From Tubiluchus corallicola (lineage: Eukaryota > Animalia > Priapulida), in assembly GCA_030141605.1 (NCBI GenBank), contig JAQGDQ010000142.1, forward strand, positions 186,001 to 250,000: a stretch of DNA of 64,000 nucleotides, in the 5' to 3' direction. Below, one piece after another: positions 35,501 to 48,400 of the stretch (its first letter is position 1; each line of letters opens with the position of its first letter). Under the pieces are notes generated by a model, which was given only the letters and a program-made list of their open reading frames with translations, was not told the DNA's origin and ran no database searches. A program made the position numbers and the translations under genes.

Positions 35501-37232
35501 ACAGGCATGGAAGCAAGGAAACAAAAATGCCTATTTTTGTTTAAGGCTGTGGGTTACAGTTGAAAAAGACGTTATCCTAAGATTAAGGGACCATAGTTAC
35601 ACTAATAAAGAAGTAGAACAAGGTTTGCACAAAATAACGTGCTTTTCTGCTAACACAGCTTATAATATATTTGAAAGGAGAGATGACACGAAAATTAAAA
35701 AAAAGAATTACAAAACAGTAAAATGAATGTTAAACCAGGCAAAGAAAATGAACAATTTAAATAGTTAACGAACTTAATAGGAGATTATTACAACAGCTGT
35801 CGTACAACTTAGTGTTTTGGATAGTCAATAAGTAAGTTTTTTCATTAATATGTAAGTGTTTTAATACTAAACGTACCTGAGCATGCATCTTAATTCACTC
35901 GTATTGTTTTGTAGGTAACGTATCGTCAGTTCCAGCAGAAAATAAACGGTTTGGTCTAACTGACAGAAGCCAAGCAGTAGAACGTGCTACATCAGTAAAT
36001 GAATTAGCTTCACTTTCTGACGAAACTGCTGGAACTAAAACACGCCGTTTATTTGATAGCAGCTCGTCTAATCCCAGGAATGAGAGATTTACGATAACCT
36101 TTGTAGCCAGAAGCCCAGGCAGCAAAACCATAACAACACTATCAAGTCCAGACCTAGGTTCTTTAATACGTCAAGCAGGCGACGCACACCAAGTCGAACG
36201 CACCGATGTTTTTGACTCATCTGGTGAGGTTACTACTGCCAAAAAAGAAAAGGAGAGGATAGCTGCAAATGACAGAAAAAGCGGTTCTGTTTTGAATTTT
36301 TCAACAAAAAATGATAAATTAGGTAAAACTGCCGCAATAACGGATGCAAGAGAACCATCTGTTGGTTCTCTAGTAGAAGGCACAGTTGAAAGAGCAGTTG
36401 GTTCTTCAGAAAGAAGTTCAGGAGGAAGTCTAATAGATGATAGGCGTGGCTCGGCTGTAGAGCAAGGTTCAGTAGGTGTAGATGATGACGTTGATGAAAA
36501 TGCAGTCACAATAAACAGACAATCCACGCGAGTTGGATCATCTGCCCGTAGTCAATCGACAAGACATGAGCAGGTTGCAGATAGACAGTCTGCACGAGAC
36601 GAACCAACTACAAGTAGTCAATCAACACAGCGTGGGTCGTCTGTCAGTAGACAGTCTAGTGAAAGAAAGTCATCTACACGCAGACAACCAACACAGAGTG
36701 AGCCATTTGCCAGAAGACAATCTGCAAAGAGTGAATCATCTATAAGTAGAGAATCTACACGGAATGAATCGTCTACCAGAAGGAAGCCATCAGGGAGAAG
36801 ACAGTCACTTGCAACAGGAGCTACCGGAAGACGCACTAACAGACCACGTGGTAACTTTATTTTATTACTTATTTGGGAGCAAATATCTTTTTTCTCACCA
36901 GAATTATGCTGTAATCAACAGTAACTTTGCCATCTCAAAAAAATAACTAATATTTCTGGCAACTTTGCTGATGTTTTAATCCTTAAAGATGGGGTGTTGC
37001 ATTTGTAATTTTCATTACTCTCTTGCTTGCTAGCACATGAGCGACTTCAACGTAATAAAATGTGACAGAAATGTTGTGCCGTGACTTTTGCAGATTATAT
37101 GTTTATAACAAGAACACAATATTCAATATACGAGGTCAAGAGAATTACTGTAGTGCGTTTATAATGAGATCCCATTTGCACGCGCGGAGAGAAAGGAAGA
37201 GAGAAAGCGAGAGAGAGAGAGAGAGAGGGGGA

Positions 37233-37292
<60 letters not shown>

Positions 37293-39850
37293 AGAGAAGA
37301 GAGAGTTGTTGGTGCCAAGGGGACACATTTTTACGGCCTTTATCAAGCATTCCTTGATAGTTCCTTTGGCATCAGTGAGCTTTCGCACTGTCTTGTTAAA
37401 ATGTGACGTTGCTACTGTTGATATGCTGCTGTTAATTCAGGGTTAGGTGACTTCAGCTCTAAATAACCCCATAGTTCTTAAAACATTTCATGGAAACTTA
37501 TAAAATTTCAAGACGTATTTATTTGCTTTTTATTTATAGCGTTTTAAACATCTTATTATATTTGATTTTTTAACTGAAACGAAATTGTGCATTTTATTGT
37601 GATTTCAATTTTGGTTTATGGTATTTCTGGCAGGTCTGTATGTTTGAAGATACTCATATAACTCAAGAAAAAAAACCGTTTTTAAAATTATTTACTTCTT
37701 GTTATAGGAAACAGACGTTCGTCAAGTCCATGTGAGAATGATAATGGCGGATGCGCACATGTGTGTGTCGCCACTGGGCCAAACACTCATTCTTGTTTCT
37801 GTGATCCAGGCTACAAATTGCAAGCTGACAAGCTAAGCTGTACACGTACGTAAAGTTTTAACTTGTAAAATCAACATATTTCAGCAAAAGAGTATTTAAA
37901 AGGGAAGATGAAGGAATGTAAAATAAAGTTGTGCTAACTAGTAGCACTCTTACAGTGTTTAAGAGACTCATATGCTGCATATGGAGGTGCGTCTTCTCAA
38001 CTGTAAAATAAATCTAAATGACTGTAAAAATGTCAAGTGTTGTAGCATTGTCGTAACGTTCGTGATTTTTAAGAAAATTCCCGAGATTCCCCGAGCACGT
38101 GTACGTGTAGCAGTTTTGGGAAACGTCCGATTATTTCTCGTCGTTATATAAATCTTAAATTCACATTAATTGCAATTTTATAAAGCTAGCGAATCTGTTG
38201 AAATTAGGTTTCTAGGAAATTTTAATATTCTTACAAGCCTGAAGTCCTTGAAAACGACTCTGCAGGGTCGAGTATTATATGGATGGCTCAGTAAAAACTA
38301 TACTTAGTTTAAAGTTTAATCTTATGGTATTGATATTTGGAATCGCCAAAAAGTAGCGCTGTTATAGTTAGTACTGTATTTCTAGTTGCAATGGCTTTGT
38401 CCAAAGCGCTTGAAAATTGAAAACAAACAAGCAAATAAATAAATAGACAAAAAACAAAAAACAGACAAATAAACGAACAAAAACATGATTAGAAGTCGTG
38501 GTTGTGGATGACGGCTGACACTGACGCTAGATTGTCTGGCAGATTTGGCATTGCTGGCTATTTTGGCCTTTACAGTTTTTTAGAGCCCCTAAAACCATCT
38601 TGAACCCCTTTTATTGATTCAATCGTTGCAAATGACTCACAATTTCATCAAAAGGTATGAATGTTACCTATCCAATTATTATCCAATGAATTATGCAGTA
38701 CGCTCAGAGAAGGTTAGAAAGACAAATTCATCGAAAGTAAGCTTATAAAGATAACGTGCATCTTAGATAAGGTTCGAGGTAATATGTTTCCCCAAAAATA
38801 GGCGATCGAGGTGTGCAGTTTACAAGCAAATAGACGGCAGCATTAATCATCTTAAGGAATATTAACTCGAGTTTATTTTCTGTGACACATCATTTCTTTA
38901 TATGGACTTTTAATTCTACCTTTGTGACCAAAGTATAACTTGTTGAAAAATAAAAATATGTTTTATATAAAAATGTAACATTACCGTTAAATCATTCTAT
39001 ACCTCATTTGGTTAATATCACTCGGTATGTTTCCTTGTAGATGATCCAATGCGCAGTGGGTGCTCATCTTCTTTTGTCTGTCCAAAAAACGGAATGTTCC
39101 GGAATCCGAACCACTGTGGTCAATTCTTCGTTTGCACTGGAATCGGAACTCTCTGGGAGTGGCAGCAGCTGTTGGACTGCGCTCCTAGTCCTGAACTTCT
39201 CATTTTTAATGAGGCTTGTATTTCGCTTTTGGTTAGCGTGGTGATTCCACTTCGTAAAGATTTTGTTATGTTTTTGTAGTTTTAATTTGTAGGTTAGTTT
39301 AAACATAATTTATTTAGGATTGGATCAGACAGTTTGTACAACATGATTTAGGATCCTCACCACAACAGACTTTATACACTATTTACAAGAACATTTACAG
39401 TAGGAATAGGCTATACTTAGTTTTTAGTAAACTTTAGTATACTAAAGTTTTACTACAGTGATACATTAGACATTAGTAGAAAATGACGGTTAGTAAATAT
39501 TAATGTACGATTATTTAAGAATGATGCATTTTATATCAGATAGAAACTACTGGAAGCGTTTAGTACATAATATAAAGTCATGTATACATTGGAATATTTT
39601 ACAGTTAGTAACATAGTTAAATTCATCTTTACCGAATAATAACAACATCAACAGATCATTATTTCCTAAGACAGCTATATTAAGGTTTTCGGGCAGAAGT
39701 ATTGAATTTAATTTGTTCCTTACATTTGTATTTCTCTTGCAGGCGAAAAGGGAGTGTCAATTTTCTCATCGGTTTAATGAGAAGGTGAAGTCGTCTTGCA
39801 CGTGTCAAATAAGAGACGACCCTGCAAGCTATGTTCGACCGTCTCCTTGA
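32403..39850 (+). CDS. Secreted EGF + chitin-binding protein A (about 593 aa): signal peptide, 2x cbEGF, Ser/Arg-rich spacer, EGF, CBM14-like domain
   Basis: Exons 32403-32526, 32891-33070, 34272-34394, 35915-36850, 37708-37845, 39041-39213, 39743-39850; 1782 nt in frame. Signal peptide MEHKTTLLCLLVLVSLALC; DIDEC/DVNEC cbEGF starts; PCENDNGGCAHVC EGF; [19 protein letters not shown] chitin-binding motif. The last intron has a GC donor or an alternative GT donor at 39232. AATAAA at 39888. Confidence 0.85.
32891..33070 (+). CDS. Gene A exon: cbEGF 1 + 3-Cys module
   Basis: DIDECAEGTHNCDVNAVCLNTFGSFCCQCEDGYVGDGVSC KLAESCKDKIFDCPSGLRCP. Confidence 0.92.
33290..33510. repeat. 33-bp minisatellite (6-7 copies) containing DR1-type AGGTCA direct repeats
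   Basis: CAACTAAT recurs at 33321, 33353, 33387, 33420, 33452 and 33485. Confidence 0.85.
34272..34394 (+). CDS. Gene A exon: cbEGF 2
   Basis: DVNECELGTHDCDVHADCFNSIGSFCCACKDGYYGDGRTCL; 123 nt, phase 1-1. Confidence 0.92.
35915..36850 (+). CDS. Gene A exon: 312-aa Cys-free Ser/Arg/Thr/Glu-rich spacer
   Basis: TTTTGTAG acceptor, 936-nt open frame including ORF 36292, G|GTAACT donor, phase 1-1. Confidence 0.8.
37186..37305. repeat. (GA)n microsatellite
   Basis: Seen directly. Confidence 0.97.
37708..37845 (+). CDS. Gene A exon: LDLR/FXa-inhibition-type EGF domain
   Basis: PCENDNGGCAHVCVATGPNTHSCFCDPGYKLQADKLSCT. Confidence 0.9.
39041..39213 (+). CDS. Gene A exon: chitin-binding type 2 (CBM14-like) domain, first part
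   Basis: [52 protein letters not shown]; homologous to exon 50032-50207. Confidence 0.85.
39743..39850 (+). CDS. Gene A last exon: CBM14-like domain end
   Basis: TTTCTCTTGCAG acceptor; AKRECQFSHRFNEKVKSSCTCQIRDDPASYVRPSP*; same coding length (108 nt) and Cys positions as the paralog exon at 51244. Confidence 0.8.
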   Translation, partial: AKRECQFSHRFNEKVKSSCTCQIRDDPASYVRPSP

Positions 39851-42592
39851 GATTAAAAACAGAGTCAGCTTTTTGTCATCTAATATGAATAAATGCTGTA
39901 CTTCACTCATGTGGGGTGTGTTAATGTTCTTTGCTACAACATTCAAACTTTTGATACAATTAAAATTGAGTATTTTTAATCACTTCATTCTCATCGCAAA
40001 CAAAATGATGTTTTATAGATATTGTGATGAAAGTTGCAATGAGTTTACTATTTGTGTTTGTTCTGTGTTTATTTTTTCACGTCTCACGTTTATTTCCTTC
40101 TAAGTGATGGCGTTCGCAATTACCAAGAGTTTAAGAAAAATAGAGCATCCTTTCTTATAAACCTTTTGGTATATTTTTTACGCAAAGCATAATTTTTGTC
40201 ACCTGCTATTATGAATAAGGGTAAAGACCGTTTGAGCACGAAGAAGACGTTAAACAATACAAGAAGTAAAATCTTAAACGCTTGTTGAACAACTTTATGT
40301 AGACTTATCGTTATCAGTTTTAGTCGCCGGTCAATAAACTGGTACAATTAAAATATTGATACAATAACAAAAGTTTCTTATGCATTATTTTTTATTTGGA
40401 ACAGGTTCTGGGCAAATAAGATAGGTGAATTAGGATGATTGTCATAAACCTCGCTTAATCGTAACCAGTGACCCAGCGCACAACCCCTGCAAACTACCAA
40501 TTGGCTATTCAAAATGTCGTTAGTCCTGTTTATACTGTTGATTCAAAGGGTTAAAGCACGTTCAAGTATATGAAATTTTATTATTATTTATTAAGACGTC
40601 ATTCCTTCCATCCTTCAGGCAGTTCGGCGAATTCAAGTGTCCAATATATAAGTTGAATAACCCATCAACAATTCAGAATTTAAAATTTGGAAAAGTCCGA
40701 TTGCTTCAAACTACCATTGATGTTTATGGACGCATCTTGCATTTTATTTGTCCCCTTTCCGGACAACTGAATAACAATAGTTAGTTTATGGTGCAACTGC
40801 TAAACCAATATGTTACGTATTACAAAACAGACGTTTTTCTCATCCAATTTTGACAGGCAGCAAAACACGCTTTGAATTTTTACACCTTTAAGTTACGTGT
40901 TGACGACAAATTTGTGGTGTTGATTTCTTAAAAGTAGGTCCAAATCTAGGTAAGTTTAGTATCCTAACATATACAAATATTTTTATCAGGTATTTTAACA
41001 CTACCTTTCATTTCTAAGGATGGTAATTACAATTCTTCTGTATGCCTACTGTCACTGGTTTTTTCAGTATTTCCAGAATTTTCTTATCTGCTTGAGCTTT
41101 TTCTTTCATTTTAATATATCACTAAAGATAATCTTAAACATAAATTTTTGCATTGTTATTTGACTTCTGGTAAACTGACACAGTCTGACTCCCAAAGTCA
41201 CAAGAATGTTAAATTGTACGACATGATTATGTCAAAGACTGGCTAAGGATCAAGGTTGCTATTGAAGGGAAGCTTCTATTTCTCTTTTTTGGCGCTCGCA
41301 GAGCAGTAATTTAACATATTTGCGTTTACACCCAGCAGGATATAACAAAAAAAACTTTTTATACAGAAATTTACAAGGCGCAGTATTATTATGCTATCGT
41401 TATCTTATCGTAGACTCGAACAACGCTTAGTCTACACACATAAATATTTAATTTCGTTATTTCAGCACAAACATTTAATTCACTGTATTCAGGAAATTTT
41501 AAGGAATGTAGTCAACAAATTGCTATATTACATATGTAGTTTGAAATCGCTAAGGTTACAATTTTGTTATATTTGTTACCGATTAGCTTCAAATATATAT
41601 TTACATACAATACGACATGAATTTTAGTACCACACTATTTATAGATAAATGAAAAAGTCATTCTTGGGTTATTTTCGAAAAGTAATTTAGTCTGAGGGTT
41701 ACTTATTGCCTTTGACAGATTACTCTATAGACAAACAACGTATATGACGCAGTGAAGCCAAATACAGGTCAGTCATCTAATTAATATAAATTTATTCAAC
41801 CGTAACAGTAGGAGACAGCGCTAACTGGTTCACCTGTTCACCACAAACGTTTTATTTATAAGCAATAAGCAAGGGTTTTCATTTCCTTGAATACAGAATA
41901 TTACGCATAATTATTAGATGAGAAAATTATTATGCTAATTTTAGCCACACAATTCATAACTACTTAGGTCTACGCTTGTTGAGCAAATACAAATTAGCAT
42001 AATTTTAATATATTTCTGACATTTCGTTAATAATTGTTTTCCAGACAATTTTATTTTCTTGGCGTAATTTTGTAAGGGAAAGGCGGAACAAAATTATTTC
42101 TCATCATTCCGTAATCATTGACTCTTCTTAAAATGATGCAGCTTGAAAATAGGATGCTTTTTCTAGAACCTTATTCAGATCTCGAAAATTTTACAATATC
42201 AAACATCTATTAAAATTACTTTTTTTTAAATTATTGCAAAAATTACAAAAGCTACGTGCTAATGAAACTGTTAATTCTGCATCGTACTTCATAAAATTTT
42301 TACAAGATTCAATAATGTTTGTAGTCATTAATGTAAGCATACGATCACGTGACGCAGTTGGAATAATTATTCCAGAAAACATCTGCGTCTGATTCACATT
42401 AATCGTCTGGCCCAATAAAGGACTGGTTGTTAAAATGAAATTTGGTTAAAGTACATCCCGCGTAAAGACCGCAGACGTTATTTGGTAAGAATTTTTAACC
42501 TTGTCGCTTTTTTCTTTTTTTGTAGCTTTTGTTGCCCGTTAATAGTTAGTTTCGATATGAGACTTATTTTATAACTCAAAGTTTCGCTCATC

Positions 42593-42720
42593 AAACTTGT
42601 GGAATGTGTTAGTAACCTGGAAATTAGATGGTCAAACTCAAGTAACTTAATTAGAAGTTAGTTTGTTTAGTTGAGCTTGACAAACTAATTTCCAGATTAC
42701 TAACATATTCTACAGGTTTA
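42593..42720. repeat. Imperfect inverted repeat with ~50-bp arms; hairpin or MITE-like
   Basis: gtggaatgtgttagtaacctggaaattagatggtcaaactcaa versus gtagaatatgttagtaatctggaaattagtttgtcaagctcaa (reverse complement of the right arm). Confidence 0.8.
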
Positions 42721-45297
42721 ATTATTCCACAAAGTCAAAAGCCAATTTTGTTCGTAACCGCTTATTGTGACTGTTAGATACGACTCAACTTTGCTTGTGA
42801 TAAATCAAATGAAAGGTCACATCTTCCACGAGACCAAAAGTCATTTTTAGGCCATAGAAAGCATAAGCAAGGAAATAAATGAACCAATTCCTGTTTATTT
42901 GTATGTGACATGTAGTGAGAATCTTTTGATACTTGTTTGCGGATACTAGTTCCGGATGATTTTTTGATACTAGTTCCATCTCAGATTCTATTCTGATTCA
43001 GTATGCTATAGTTACTACGTATGATTCAGTCTCAATTGCACCTTGCCAACTAATCTTCTAGGTGTAGTGGCATTTGCTAATGGGCTGCCAACGTCAATGA
43101 ATTGTTCCGTCGTGTAAACTGGAGAGTAAGACAATTTCTATTTTGTTGTTTTCATGGCTTCCTGGCTAAACTAAACGCCGTGAATTAAGCAGCATGTCAG
43201 GCGAGATTTTGGTTGGATGATGACGGACCCTGATACACTTGGTGGTATTAATCATGCTATGTGCTTTGTCAGTTAGAATATACAAATTAAATAGATTAGG
43301 AGTTCGTCTCACACGTTTTTATTAAGATAAGAATTTTCGCCTCGTACGGGCATACCATAGCTTTGATTAGGTTAAGTTAATATAAGGTTAAGGTTAAAGT
43401 TTGATGGTTCCTATCACTGTTTTTCTGCAGGTACTGTGTTGTCTCATTGTTTTATGGCAACTAGTTCGATAGGCTATGGATCGAATCTGCGTCCGCCAGT
43501 TGGGTTCATTTCCAACCGAGGCCTCAGTTTCGAAGGTCATCAAAAGGAACTTTCGCTTGCTTTAAATCTTGAGGATTCAAGTAGTTTAAAATCAAATTCG
43601 TTGTAATTTGTAGTTCTATTCTAAATAGCCCCAGTAATGACATTAATTACCACGTTAGCTTGTTGAACATATTAGTCTGCAAGAAGTCGCAGAAGTTTTA
43701 TTGAGAGAACATTTCATAGGTTCAAGGAATTTTCTGATATCACCAGTCTTATATTTTTTATTTTGTGTAATCAAAAGTTTTCTGACTGAGAATCTCAACA
43801 TTCACTGAAAGATATATAACAGCCATTTTCAGAGAAAATGTATTTAATTAATTCGAAGAAACGTTTTCGGTTTTCAGGTAAGTAGGAGTAAACAACAGGA
43901 AACCACAGTCGTTTGTCTCCCAATGGGAAACCGCTCTGACAGAACAGCTCTTACGAGCTAAGTAGGTCACAAGTTAGAAAACAGGATTTCGGGTATTCTG
44001 TCAAAACTTTAAAGATCCGCGCGACTAACTGAAAATTTCTGCCAGATTTCTTTATTCTTCGTTTTTATGAAAATTGCTATGCAAAATCTTGATTTCAGCA
44101 AAATACATTAATGTTCTTTTAAAACGCATGTCGTTAATTTGATTTGTCAAAACAGTTTATGAAAATGGTTATAGTTTAAATAACACACACAGGAAGAAGA
44201 TCAAAATCTTGGTTTCAGCAAAATCTATTAAATTTGCTTAAAAACGGTTGTTTAATTTTGGGAGAAACTGATAAATGTTCTAGGTACCAAAAAATTTTTA
44301 TCGGGTAGCGTGATACTGTGTTATTTTGAAAGTTGGATAAATGAAAACGAAAGTCTCTGCTTTTCTTTCTAGAGGCGATTTGATTTACTTGACTTCAATT
44401 TCCAGAAAATCAACTGCCAAGGTTATAAAAACCAAATGTCCGCAGGCTTCTTATATAATGCACTTTAAGTGAGTTATGAGCAGTGAAATCAAGAAAAATC
44501 GAGAAAAGGGCTGTTTTCTAATGAGAAGCCAGCAAACCCATAATAAAATTTAGCACACATTAGGTCGTTCAGTTACAGTTGCGTTAAAGGAAGACAGGAT
44601 GATTTTTCATAAACTACCCCATTTTCAAGTCCAGTTAATACTGCGAAAGCTTTTCTAATAATTGAATAATAGATTAAAAAATTAATTAACGGCGGACAAG
44701 TCCAACTATTGATGACATCACAAATTAACATAATTTTCAACAGTTAAAATATCCCACGATCGTATTGCACGTGTTTGCGAAAGCGAAAATTGTGCTGCTG
44801 TGTGTTGTACTACAACTAGGCAAGTTTTAAGATAAAAATTTAAATTTCAAATTTACCGCTATGCTCACGCATGAGCTGTCGAACGTGTGTAGTTCGTCAC
44901 AAACTAGCACATCTGAACTAAGAGGTATAGCACCTGTTTTTTGTGCAATGCGTTTCCGAAATGTAGGCTCTAGTGCCCTTCTAACTAGAGAATGACGAAA
45001 CATGTAACAGCGAACAACTAGCGGCGCGAACGAGAAATGTGTTTTTGTGGTAATAATTCTTTCACGTAAGTCATTGTTGAAAACATAGTATGTTTCCTTT
45101 CAATATTTTAAAGAGTAAATTGTTTTGGCCTACAGTTTAAGATTGGGTACGGTTTTGCTTTAATACGCGCTGAGCAGTTTCAGAGCAATTTGTCATTTTG
45201 TGTTTTAAAAGTTTACCAATTCATTAAATTATGAAAACCATCGAATTGTTTTGGCCTAACAAGGTTTTCTTTGACTCAGAAAGTGAGGGCATCATAG

Positions 45298-45448
45298 ATG
45301 AAGCCATTAGGAAGTTTATCACTGTTCTTGCTGGTTTCGTTAGTGCACGACTCCTGGAACGCTCACATTACGCTAACTCATCGTTTTCCGAATGGAACTG
45401 TTTTTACAGAAACCGTCTATGAATGTATACCTGGGTATAAATGTACAG
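45298..45448 (+). CDS. Gene B exon: signal peptide + 2-Cys module
   Basis: [50 protein letters not shown]; acceptor at 45279, CAG|GTAAGT donor. Confidence 0.78.
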
Positions 45449-48400
45449 GTAAGTGTTAATTAAACAGTGTCCACTTTTCGAAACTCGCTTTTAAAGAGCT
45501 AATGGACACGTATCTTGTAGTAACATTCAACTTCCGTACTAGTTTAGTCTAAAGAGCAGATGTGGGGTATACGACAAGTGCACCATTCATAGGGAAGGAA
45601 GGTAAACTGTCTTGGAGTGCGTGAGAATAATTTTGCAAGGAATCCAAGAATTCCTACGCTTACTGTAACAGTTATTTAAAAGAACAGAAAACTATTTTAT
45701 GCTATTACTAAAACAGTGTTAAATTTGTAATGGTTTTTAACATTATATTTTACATTACATTAACATTACAATTTGCCAGACAATTGAGTTTAAAGACATC
45801 AAAGCGAATTGTTAATGGTACAGATCACACAATTAGTTGGATTTTGAAACTAAATCTTAAATTTTCTTTGATTTCAGTATTCACTTAATTCTGGGCTTGT
45901 GTCACCATTAATAATATTAATATTAATGCTATCTTGATATTAAGATTCTAAGTCATAATGCTTTACGTTATGTTCTTTAACTTTGGCTAACTTTATCTTA
46001 ATTTATAAAAAATCTGCAGACATAGACGAATGTAGCACAGGCTTGGAAAACTGTCATGAACGTGCAGACTGTATTAACACAGAAGGGAGTTATAGCTGTA
46101 AATGTCAGGAAGGTTATACAGGAAACGGTTTCAGCTGTGAAGGTAAGTAGAGCGTAGGCTCTGGGCGCACTCTGTATGCACTTTCAAAGAAGCCACAGAA
46201 TTAAATTTCTTTTAAAAGTTATTTTATCCAGGAAATTAGTTAATGTACTCCAGGGTCTCTCCCCGGGTACTGTAAAACATAAAACATAAGCTTCTTGGCC
46301 CCGTTGTGCAAACAATCATGAAGCATTTTTAGAGTGCATGCTATTTTTAAAACACCTGAAGAACTGAGACTATATGAAACTTCAACGAAGCTTTGGTGGT
46401 AAACAAATTTTCTATTTCAATAAAAGCCTGCAAGAGATCAAAGGCATGGCAATGTAACATAAGTAATCGGAAGCCAGAAGTAAGGATTAATCTGTTGTTG
46501 TGCAAGCGGCATGGCGTAAAGCATGTAAAAAGCAAGCAAAAATGAAAAAAGACTGAGAAGTCGCTGAGGTATTATCACATATGTTTATACAAGTTTGAAT
46601 TAAAATCCCGCTTGTTCTTCATTATGCCGAGTGTAAAATCTTTCATTGTCGTCTGATTTCATTGACATCTTCGAGTCATGTGGAGTACTAACTTTGCATG
46701 GCTGTTTACATTGATCCTGTATTCACTGACAGTACCTACTTGATGTTTGTGGCGTGACTGGATCTTGGCTCATTTATCTAGGATGATCCTCTAAAGAAGC
46801 CACTTAACTGTCAGAGCTGCCTCAGCCACATTCGGATATGTATACATTCTCCCTCTACGAAAAGGGAAACCCTCACTCTATGTGTTTAAGACAATCGTTT
46901 AATTTGCTTTGATTTTATCCTGACTTTCCTTTTTCTTCTTTTTCCGTCCCCTTCTTCCCCTTTCCACCCTCCTCTTTGCTTTCTTTTCTTTCCTATACGG
47001 AGTACACAATCTGCATGAGTTAATATCATTGAAGGCATTGTACAATAAGCTAGTATAAGCATACATATTTAGTATGCTGTGCATTTTTATTTCAGTAGAC
47101 CAGGCACATATATATGTGCAGTGTATATAATGTCGTGTAAATGGGTACAAATGTAAGTAAAACATATCAGCTTGACATCAATATGCTACTTGTTTCAAAG
47201 TTTTTCCATTGTTTTTAAAAAAATATGGCATTTTAAGCTCAATGAGAATTTTGATGATATCAAACTTGGCTTCATACCTGTACAGCAGCGACTTTGCATA
47301 CATGTACCACACTCTTTTGTATATATCTCCATACAACGATTTTCCACTTCTAGGGTCAGCATGGTAACAGAAGAAAGTGGTACAAGATTTCAAATATACT
47401 TAAAAAATCCTACCCTGTCGCTCGTCGATCAGTTGCAAAGGAAAATGGAAATCAATTTAGAAGGGGTCTTCTGAAACGCCCTGTATATAATCTGTTAAAT
47501 TTTGTTTTATACTTGTTCTACTCCCTCCCTTCCCCCTCTCCTCTCCTCTCCTCTCCCGCCCCTTGTAGGCACTTCTTGAGACTTTTAGTATGCACACTAC
47601 AATTTAACTCAAAGCTGCTTATGAGCACATGTATATGACAAGTATGCTTTTTTGGAGGAGATTACTGGACTAGAAATCTCATTCCATCATCTTAGATGGA
47701 AATCTTGCAAGGAACTGCAAGAATTTATACTGGGTCTGCTATTACAGAAAAATGCCTTTTATCCGCTTATCAAAGCCAACACTAATTTTAGTTTACAGTT
47801 ATCAAACAAATGAGTTTGAGTTTAATTGAGTGAAAGATTTCAAAACGGGACAATTGAAATTGTTAAAATATGGTTTTGAGTACGTGTTCTACCCAACTTT
47901 ATCTTAATTCTTAAAAAATCTGCAGACGTAGACGAGTGTAGAACAGGCTTGGAAAATTGCGATGAGCATGCTGACTGCATGAATACAGAAGGAAGTTACC
48001 ACTGCAAATGTCCGGATGGTTATACAGGAGACGGCTTCAGCTGTGAAGGTGAGTAAAGCTTAGTCATTGCGCACGTTTTTAAAGGCGGCCCAAAATTAAA
48101 TTTTCTGTCTTGACACGACTTGATCTAATCTGACCTAACCTAATGTAGATAGAAATTTCGCAAAGAACTGTTTGAATTTATATAGCAACTGTTAGTACTG
48201 AAAATGTTTTTACATTATTATCCAAAACAAATGCAAAATTTAATTATTAAAATACAAACTTAAAATATAATATGCTTTTCACTATATTTGCCAATGAACA
48301 TTATCATAATTAAAAAAATCTGCAGACATAGACGAGTGCAGCACAGGCTTGGAAAACTGTGACGGCCATGCTGACTGTATTAACAGAGAAGGAAGTTACC

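Noticed and set aside
35895-36836. Minus-strand and alternative-frame ORFs (also 23360-24511 minus)
   Set aside because: Shadows of real + strand exons.
43431-43877. Strong acceptor at 43430 and donor at 43878 as a coding exon of gene B
   Set aside because: All frames are interrupted and gene B has its own signal-peptide ATG at 45298; it could only be a 5' UTR exon, which is unsupported.
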